Assembly: GCA_000002445.1 (NCBI GenBank) | Contig: CH464491.1 | Coordinates: 576,001 to 640,000 of the forward strand | Reading direction: 5' to 3' | Source: Trypanosoma brucei | Taxonomy: Eukaryota | DNA length: 64,000 nt | The notes under the pieces: generated by a model | What the model saw: the letters and a program-made list of their open reading frames with translations, nothing else | Databases searched by the model: none | Told to the model about the DNA's origin: nothing | In this document: in pieces, positions 58,101 through 64,000 of the stretch | Position numbering within the stretch: the first letter of the stretch is position 1 | How the letters are laid out: each line of letters starts with the position of its first letter | Translations under genes and position numbers: made by a program

Positions 58101-59475
58101 ACCACCACCCGAGAAGGACATGGATGTGCATGGTGATGTTCCACCGCCAACACCACCACCTGAGAAGGACATGGATGTGCATGGTGATGTTCCACCGCCA
58201 ACACCGCCACCCGAGAAGGACATGGATGTGCATGGTGATGTTCCACCGCCAACACCACCACCCGAGAAGGACATGGATGTGCATGGTGATGTTCCACCGC
58301 CAACACCACCACCTGAGAAGGACATGGATGTGCATGGTGATGTTCCACCGCCAACACCACCACCCGAGAAGGACATGGATGTGCATGGTGATGTTCCACC
58401 GCCAACACCACCACCCGAGAAGGACATGGATGTGCATGGTGATGTTCCACCGCCAACACCGCCACCCGAGAAGGACATGGATGTGCATGGTGATGTTCCA
58501 CCGCCAACACCGCCACCCGAGAAGGACATGGATGTGCATGGTGATGTTCCACCGCCAACACCGCCACCTGAGAAGGACATGGATGTGCATGGTGATGTTC
58601 CACCGCCAACACCACCACCCGAGAAGGACATGGATGTGCATGGTGATGTTCCACCGCCAACACCGTCACCTGAGAAGGACATGGATGTGCATGGTGATGT
58701 TCCACCGCCAACACCGCCACCTGAGAAGGACATGGATGTGCATGGTGATGTTCCGATGGTTGTGGAGGGTAGTGCAAATGTTGATTCTTCATGTGTGCTT
58801 GTTTGTAGTGGAGGTGCTGAAGAAGTTGTTGATGTCCCTGCAGATCTTGAATCGGTTGATGATGAAAATGTTTATGTTTCCGAATTGCAATCCACTGCTG
58901 TTTTGAATGAAGATGTTACATTGTTGTTAGATGAATGTGACAGAATGGTGGTAGGTCGTGACGAGGGTGCCTCTGGTAGATCTGTTGGCGTGCCAACACT
59001 ACAGGCTTCTAATTTAATAGAATTTCCACCGCCATCAAATGGAAAAGAACCTGCTACCTCGAGGGAAGAGGCAGCTGATCTTCTTTTAACACGTGAGAGG
59101 GAACTGCTCGATGCGATGGAACATGAGAATGAGTGTATTGACATGCTTGTGCAGTCTCTTAGAAGGATGGATAATGCATCTGAGAAGGATAGGGCTGCTT
59201 ATTGTGCCGAAGTGGACAGGTTGCAGCAGCAGTTTAAGCTGCTGGATGAAGCGGAGGAGGAGCTGACGTTGCTGCTGGCGCGTGCCACCCAAAGGTTTAA
59301 TTTATGTCGTGAGGAACGTCGGAAATCACAGTTGGAGCTCTTGGAGGCGCGCGCGCGGAAGGAAACGTACAGTTTGGCACTTGCTATGATGGACCGGGAG
59401 TTGCGTACACAGTTTGATAACGATGGCAACCGTCGCCCAGGAGGGATGTTCCTATCCAAAAGTGACTCTTCATAA
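55165..59475 (+). CDS. repetitive protein with about 47 tandem copies of the 17-aa unit PPPTPPPEKDMDVHGDV
   Basis: The ORF-track start at 55156 is TTG and the first ATG is 55165 (MTTWLFNV). A unique roughly 400-aa N-terminal region precedes the 51-nt tandem array (56362-58752). A unique roughly 240-aa acidic coiled-coil C-terminus follows it. Confidence 0.75.
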   Translation: MTTWLFNVSVLHLSASFSEPRLASFAAEGQLACRMFFNGKPLDLTFQPASEMIGGGKPQSTFLYRIQSLTVADLLNMLRQRSVRFYIVPVKRNSDPLGKEIRAACRATTNIMCIAERGGGLLELPLTSAASKEEGNSGIVGTLSVCIAFDQLAEVELRLKEFYVSGLENGIYGLHCRLAPFKEGVVSKLTRALSGTARWTDAEVPMAKYRGVLRNLKKHQFAIAVYLIDGNNNERPVASFEVDLAIKNTSASCKEITIPFSMSDGKTSTTVNGALQLSGLPTFEDEMQKILRAGPACVDTEDEKKEKNKFSDPEGAKSSEAESTTEIDTENSSMGRHLPEYSQGSSPPIVSRTSTPTRASPRDISSPPSEDQDAEDCRFSFPSKNSISALWHSEADLESPTPPPEKDMDVHGDVPPPTPPPEKDMDVHGDVPPPTPPPEKDMDVHGDVPPPTPPPEKDMDVHGDVPPPTPPPEKDMDVHGDVPPPTPPPEKDMDVHGDVPPPTPPPEKDMDVHGDVPPPTPPPEKDMDVHGDVPPPTPPPEKDMDVHGDVPPPTPPPEKDMDVHGDVPPPTPPPEKDMDVHGDVPPPTPPPEKDMDVHGDVPPPTPPPEKDMDVHGDVPPPTPPPEKDMDVHGDVPPPTPPPEKDMDVHGDVPPPTPPPEKDMDVHGDVPPPTPPPEKDMDVHGDVPPPTPPPEKDMDVHGDVPPPTPPPEKDMDVHGDVPPPTPPPEKDMDVHGDVPPPTPPPEKDMDVHGDVPPPTPPPEKDMDVHGDVPPPTPPPEKDMDVHGDVPPPTPPPEKDMDVHGDVPPPTPPPEKDMDVHGDVPPPTPPPEKDMDVHGDVPPPTPPPEKDMDVHGDVPPPTPPPEKDMDVHGDVPPPTPPPEKDMDVHGDVPPPTPPPEKDMDVHGDVPPPTPPPEKDMDVHGDVPPPTPPPEKDMDVHGDVPPPTPPPEKDMDVHGDVPPPTPPPEKDMDVHGDVPPPTPPPEKDMDVHGDVPPPTPPPEKDMDVHGDVPPPTPPPEKDMDVHGDVPPPTPPPEKDMDVHGDVPPPTPPPEKDMDVHGDVPPPTPPPEKDMDVHGDVPPPTPPPEKDMDVHGDVPPPTPPPEKDMDVHGDVPPPTPPPEKDMDVHGDVPPPTPPPEKDMDVHGDVPPPTPPPEKDMDVHGDVPPPTPSPEKDMDVHGDVPPPTPPPEKDMDVHGDVPMVVEGSANVDSSCVLVCSGGAEEVVDVPADLESVDDENVYVSELQSTAVLNEDVTLLLDECDRMVVGRDEGASGRSVGVPTLQASNLIEFPPPSNGKEPATSREEAADLLLTRERELLDAMEHENECIDMLVQSLRRMDNASEKDRAAYCAEVDRLQQQFKLLDEAEEELTLLLARATQRFNLCREERRKSQLELLEARARKETYSLALAMMDRELRTQFDNDGNRRPGGMFLSKSDSS
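56362..58752 (+). repeat. 51-nt tandem repeat array, about 47 near-identical copies (coding)
   Basis: The unit ccaacaccgccacc(c/t)gagaaggacatggatgtgcatggtgatgttccaccg is repeated head-to-tail. Variation is limited to synonymous third-position changes (ccg/cca, ccc/cct) plus one Pro-to-Ser change near 58660. Confidence 0.95.
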
Positions 59476-59937
59476 ACACGTCTCATTTTTTTCTCTAGGT
59501 GGGGCACAGGTGAGTAGGATTGAATATCCGGTTACTCTGCCTTTAACTTCGGAGTGGAAATGGTGCCTTTAACCGATTTTTCACCTTGTACGGTATTGTA
59601 CAGGTGTAGCTACTACTGATTTTTTTTTCACATTCGGCTGCACATTGGGTGTGCAACCGGACAATGTTTCGAAGCGGGTGCTGATTTTGGCGCTGGGGAT
59701 GAAACCACGCGACAGCATTCGCGTGAGTTTGAGGTTGCTTCGTCTATGCAAGTGACTCCGTTGCTTTCACTAATTGCTGTGGACCCCTCCTGGGGGGAAG
59801 GGACTCAGTGGGCAAAGCAAATGTCGTCTTTTTGGCTTGTTTTGATGCTACGGAAAATCGCTCCTTCCTCTTTTGTATTGTCCGCTAGAATACCCGTTTG
59901 TCACTTTGTATACCCACATTTTTGATGCAGTGTAACC

Positions 59938-59972
59938 CTCCCTCCTTTTCCCCATTTTTTCTTTTACATTTG
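59938..59972 (+). promoter_or_regulatory. polypyrimidine tract upstream of eRF1
   Basis: ccctccctccttttccccattttttcttttacatttg is followed by AG dinucleotides, about 60 nt upstream of ATG 60031. Confidence 0.5.
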
Positions 59973-60030
59973 ATGATTTCGTCCTCGAAAAAATAATACA
60001 ATAGTTGCACTAAGCGCTACAAGGTAAACC

Positions 60031-61389
60031 ATGGCCGACCACGAGTTGTCCGAGTCCGAGAAGGCAATTGAACGATATAAGGTGAAGAAGCTCATCCAAA
60101 TGCTCGAGAGTGCTCGCGGTATGGGCACAAGCGTCATAAGCATTTACATGACCCCAAAGGAGCAGATATCTGGCATGGTAACCAAACTGAACAACGAGTA
60201 CGGAACGGCCTCCAACATCAAATCGCACACCAACAAGCTTAGCGTTCAAAGTGCCATCACTGCCTCTCTCGGTAGGTTAAAGCAGTACAACCGACTCCCA
60301 CCTAATGGGCTCCTCCTCTACTGCGGTACCGTCCTCACGGCAGAAAACAAGGAGAAAAAACTTACACTTGATATTGAGCCTTTCAAGCCGGTTAGCCGGA
60401 GCCTATACCTCTGTGACAACAAGTTCCACACCGAAGAGCTCCACCGCATGCTGGAGTCTGATGAGAAGTTTGGATTCATTGTTGTAGACGGTAGTGGCAC
60501 AACCTATGCAACTCTTTGTGGGAGTGTGAAGGAGAAGCTGAGTTCATTCACCGTAGAGCTACCGAAAAAGCACGGAAGAGGTGGTCAAAGTAAAAATCGT
60601 TTCGCACGTATTCGTATGGAAAGGCGCCACAACTACCTTCGCAAGGTGGCCGAAGGCGCCACGCAATTATTTATAACAAACGACCGTCCAAATATCGTGG
60701 GGCTCGTGCTTGCCGGTTCTGCTGAGTTCAAGGAAGTGTTGTACCAGTCAGATCTGTTTGATCCGCGCCTGAAAGCGATCGTGGTGAAGGTTGTAGATGT
60801 TGCCCACCCGGGCGATGTGGGCCTCAATCAGGCCATAGATCTCGCGGCGGATGCGCTGTCTGGAGTTAAGCTCGTACAAGAGAAGAAACTACTTCAGGGA
60901 TTCTTCGATCAGATCGCTTGTGATACGCAGCTGTATTGCTTTGGTGTTCAGGATACCCTGAAGTGCTTGGAGGCGGGCGCGGTGGAAACACTTATTGTGT
61001 ATGAAGACCTTAACATTTACCGCTACACTGTTGTGAAGAATCGCGGAGCAGACGATGAGGAAACCTTCGTCCATGTTATGTCGGAGGAAGAAGCAAAGAG
61101 GTCTAATATACACATGCAGGAGTCCGGGAAGACACGCAATGAAATTGAACAGGAAGACTTTGTCGACTGGCTCGCGACAAACTACCGCAAGTTTGGTTGC
61201 GCCTTGGAGTTGATCACGAATCGCAGCCAGGAGGGAACTCAATTCGTCCGCGGTTTTGGAGGGATTGGAGGTGTGTTGCGGTATAAACTTGATATTATTG
61301 CTTTGCGTGATGTGGAGAAAAAAGAAGATGATGAGGAGCGCATTGCAGCGAACAATGAGGAGTTTGACTTCGACGACGACTTTATGTAA
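60031..61389 (+). CDS. ERF1: eukaryotic peptide chain release factor subunit 1 (eRF1)
   Basis: 452-aa ORF conserved along its full length. The NIKS stop-codon recognition motif (TASNIKSHTNK, nt ~60214-60225) and the GGQ peptidyl-tRNA hydrolysis motif (HGRGGQSKNRFARIR, nt ~60581-60589) are both present. It ends in an acidic C-terminus. Confidence 0.95.
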   Translation: MADHELSESEKAIERYKVKKLIQMLESARGMGTSVISIYMTPKEQISGMVTKLNNEYGTASNIKSHTNKLSVQSAITASLGRLKQYNRLPPNGLLLYCGTVLTAENKEKKLTLDIEPFKPVSRSLYLCDNKFHTEELHRMLESDEKFGFIVVDGSGTTYATLCGSVKEKLSSFTVELPKKHGRGGQSKNRFARIRMERRHNYLRKVAEGATQLFITNDRPNIVGLVLAGSAEFKEVLYQSDLFDPRLKAIVVKVVDVAHPGDVGLNQAIDLAADALSGVKLVQEKKLLQGFFDQIACDTQLYCFGVQDTLKCLEAGAVETLIVYEDLNIYRYTVVKNRGADDEETFVHVMSEEEAKRSNIHMQESGKTRNEIEQEDFVDWLATNYRKFGCALELITNRSQEGTQFVRGFGGIGGVLRYKLDIIALRDVEKKEDDEERIAANNEEFDFDDDFM

Positions 61390-63450
61390 GACCACTTCCG
61401 TTTGGTATCGTTTTCGTGTCCGTGGACGTTGGGGCGCTCGTGCACGTTGTGTGTAATGAAGTAAATTTGAAATAGATGAGTGGTTAGCGTCATAAAGCTG
61501 TGGGTAGCAAGTAATTTCGTGTCAGACGCGTCATTTGTTTTGTCGAGTCGTTTACGGTGTGCCATCAATCGGAGTTTTTTTTTCCTTAAAAAAACTGTAG
61601 TTGATTCTTTAACGAAGGGTGCCGTGCTCCCTTACGGTGATGCGTTCATACGCTGTGCAAGAGTAAAAGGAGGGGGGTGGGGTAAGAAAGTTTGATTATT
61701 ATTATTACTACTACTTGTGGAAGGCTTTGAGTGAACTGTGGAGAAGTGTCGTGCCTAACGAGTCGGTGTTTACCCCAACGGCATGATGGCGGTGCTTCGG
61801 TAAAACTCGTACCATACGATGAGGGGAAGCAACGAGAGGCGCATAAAATGTTGAAGAAATGACTGGGTAATTAAGTATCTAATTAAAGAATACTAAATAT
61901 CTTTTGATACCGCTAGGAGTGTAACAACACGAAACCTGTGTATGTATTTGTGGTGTCGCTTTAGATACGAGTGAAGTGAAGGGAAGAAGAGGAGACCGAT
62001 GGCGTGCCGGCGGCAGTAAATGGTTGGAAAGAAACAAAAGGTGCGTTTTTGTGTCTTTTTCGGAATTGATAGTAATGAGAGGAAGTCGGGGATCTGTGGC
62101 TCTTATGATTTTTCGTTCACATGGTTCTGCAGTAACGTGTTTCAACAGTACTTTTTTTTTTCCTTGTGTTTGGAGTCTCCTCACCACTGTTTTTTCCTGC
62201 GACTTCCTCTCATTGCCCCTCCCTTTACTGTTGAGACTTTGTGGTGCGGTTGCTAGAGAGGGTTAAAGGGGAGAGGAAAAAAAAGAGAGAATAGGGATGA
62301 AGGTACTACGGGCGTTTACGTGCGACTGCACGAACGAGTCGTGGTTTGTTTCCCTAAAACATTTACGCTTCTATACGCATTAGCACGCACTCAAATATAT
62401 AGTCAAGACAACATTGGTTACTTTTTTGAGTACTGTTGCCTAACCGCTAATATTTCCCTATTTTGGACTTCTCGTCGTTGCACTCCCACACATATCTAAC
62501 TGAAATCACATCTACACACTCATCTGTCGTAGTTCCTCTTTTTTATTTTCCTTTATATGTTCTGGGATGTGGGGTTCTGTCCCTTTTCCCTGAGTTTTGT
62601 CCCGGGGGGGGGGGGGCCGAGGCGCTTTACGACCCTTGCGTTGATCTTAATTCCCCTCTCCATTATACTTCTTCGTCTTTCCATTTTCTTTTTTTGCTTC
62701 ACCGGAGGCGATCCCCCTCAAGAGGAGTTTCATTCTCTTTTGACTATATTTATTCATATAAAGGAAGTATCCGTATTTGTACTGGATGGTGTCACGTACA
62801 GCTCTTAACATGATCCAGTTGGAAGATCACTAGCGGTTGGGGAAGAGAGGGGGGGGGGCGGAGGGACATTGCCACAATTTGAAATTGTCGGGGTTGTTCT
62901 CTGTTCTCTCTTTCCCGTTTCTGTTGTATTTAATGATCATGTCCTTAGGAAAGTAGCGAATGGAGGTATTTATTGCGAATTCGTTTGGTTCGTCACGACT
63001 TAACGTGCGGTAACCGATGAATGTGGAAGAGTACAGCTTTTAATCATCGACACGTGATGCTAGGGTTGGTTGTTTGGTGTACGGGGACTGCATACAGCGT
63101 TGAAGGTGATACGAATTAAAAACTTCGTGTGGGAGCCAAGGATGCGGTGTTTGGGGATTCGTTTTTTTATTTCTTTCGTTTACGTTGTCAACTTTTGGTT
63201 TGACGCGCCGGGGTGTTCGAATACGTTAAGCGCTCCGCACCCTTCGTGCCTTTGTTGTCAGGTTCGTATCGGTAGCGTTGCTCTGTGTTGAAGTGTGTTC
63301 ATTATTATTTTTTTTTGGGGGTGGCTATTAGCTAACGGACACGCAGATATAAATGAATATATATATGTACTCATGTACCATTGTATTCATCACCAGACAC
63401 ATTTGAAGACTAACTGCTCTTTTCATGTATTTTTTCTCCTATTAAAGAAT

Positions 63451-64000
63451 ATGTATAAGCAGCACACGAACTTTGCGGCGGCAAACACTCCCCTCTTCAC
63501 GCAGCTGTTCGGTTCTGTTGCTGCAGACACCTCGAAACCACAGCAGCGAGTCGAAAAGGACACTTCAGAAGAATTTAATCGGCGTAATTCGGCGGATCCG
63601 GCTCAGCTTTCCCGTGGAAGAATTGTGGAGATGCAGTCGTCTGGAAGTAAACGTTACCAAACTGCTGATAGTGCTACTCAAACCACTCTGCCATGTAGCG
63701 AGGTTGTTGGATCAAATACCGAGGAAACAACCCAGAACTTCTTACGAGCCTGCCAACCTCAGGAAGTTGGACCGCCGCCGTGTGCTGAATTCAAACCGAT
63801 GGATGTTGAAGGTGGGGCTGATATCTCCGTGGAAGATGATGTACCTGCATGGAAGAAACCCACAATTCCCTTCCGGAAGATGATGCAAGAGTTGGAAAAG
63901 CGCTTCCACGAGCAAATGGATGTGCATCGCGGGCTTAAGTCTACGATGGAGCGCCTTGATGTTCTCCGAAGTGAAATTTCTCTCTACCAAGCTGAACAAC
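63451..64000 (+). CDS. hypothetical protein (5' part; the ORF runs off the window end)
   Basis: I translated this frame-1 ORF by hand from ATG 63451: MYKQHTNFAAANTPLFTQLF...MMQELEKRFHEQMDVHRGLKSTMERLDVLRSEISLYQAEQ. It has no stop before 64000. A polypyrimidine tract and an AG lie at 63429-63450. The ORF-track frame-2 ORF at 63473-63883 overlaps it and looks compositionally spurious, being R/S/L-rich. Confidence 0.4.
   Translation, partial: MYKQHTNFAAANTPLFTQLFGSVAADTSKPQQRVEKDTSEEFNRRNSADPAQLSRGRIVEMQSSGSKRYQTADSATQTTLPCSEVVGSNTEETTQNFLRACQPQEVGPPPCAEFKPMDVEGGADISVEDDVPAWKKPTIPFRKMMQELEKRFHEQMDVHRGLKSTMERLDVLRSEISLYQAEQ

Noticed and set aside
56012-58906. Very long ORFs in the alternative + frame (56012-58906) and on the minus strand (56242-58641, 56277-58733, 56300-58792) over the tandem array
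   Set aside because: They are produced by the 51-nt repeat staying open in every frame. Their translations are pure repeats (MCMVMFHRQHRHPRRTW..., GGGVGGGTSPCTSMSFS...) with no unique flanks. They lie antisense or out of frame relative to the repeat protein, which has unique N- and C-terminal domains.
63205-63235. tRNA-like T-loop motif GGTGTTCGAATAC
   Set aside because: It only partially matches the GGTTCGAATCC T-arm consensus. No complementary acceptor or anticodon stems can be drawn in the flanking 70 nt. tRNA genes in kinetoplastids usually sit at strand-switch regions, and there is none here.
63473-63883. 136-aa frame-2 ORF (MRRQTLPSSRSCSVLLLQ...)
   Set aside because: It overlaps a better frame-1 ORF starting at ATG 63451 that continues past the window end. 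The frame-2 product is R/S/L-rich, as expected for an out-of-frame reading.
1-64000. Prokaryote-type systems (CRISPR arrays, restriction-modification, toxin-antitoxin, phage defence islands, integrons, IS elements)
   Set aside because: The sequence is eukaryotic (kinetoplastid-like). Its genes are eRF1, eIF4E, RPB11, ESCRT and proteasome subunits, and it has long UTR-like spacers with microsatellites. No direct-repeat/spacer architecture, no transposase or integrase, and no operon-like gene packing are present.

Overview
The window reads as nuclear DNA from a kinetoplastid (Trypanosoma-like). Every convincing gene lies on the + strand, consistent with a single directional polycistronic transcription unit with no strand-switch region. 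Intergenic regions are pyrimidine-rich and carry poly-T tracts and (TA)n/(GT)n microsatellites; GC is about 50%.

I call 24 protein-coding genes. Several are identifiable from diagnostic motifs: choline/ethanolamine kinase, ESCRT-III Vps2/CHMP2, a CBF/Mak21-type nucleolar factor, proteasome lid subunit RPN3, RNA polymerase II subunit RPB11, a steroid-5-alpha-reductase-family membrane protein, carnitine O-acyltransferase, an eIF4E cap-binding protein, a BRO1/ALIX-domain protein, a WD40 protein and eRF1 (NIKS and GGQ motifs). Other genes have unusual architectures: a Schlafen/AlbA_2-like domain protein, a tandem cNMP-binding-domain protein with a long disordered tail, a 1524-aa polytopic protein with a C-terminal DGAT2/MGAT acyltransferase domain, and a 1436-aa protein carrying a near-perfect 51-nt x ~47 tandem repeat (17-aa unit PPPTPPPEKDMDVHGDV).

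I found no tRNA, rRNA, mobile element or CRISPR array, and no prokaryote-style defence system, which would not be expected in this kind of genome. Ten of the ORF-track starts are TTG or GTG translated as M, so I moved each of those CDS starts to the first in-frame ATG. Two gene-poor stretches (36.8-39.6 kb and 40.1-44.2 kb) and a 3.4-kb pyrimidine-rich stretch (44.9-48.3 kb) contain no convincing long ORF. They may be long UTRs or may host small ncRNA genes that I cannot detect by eye.
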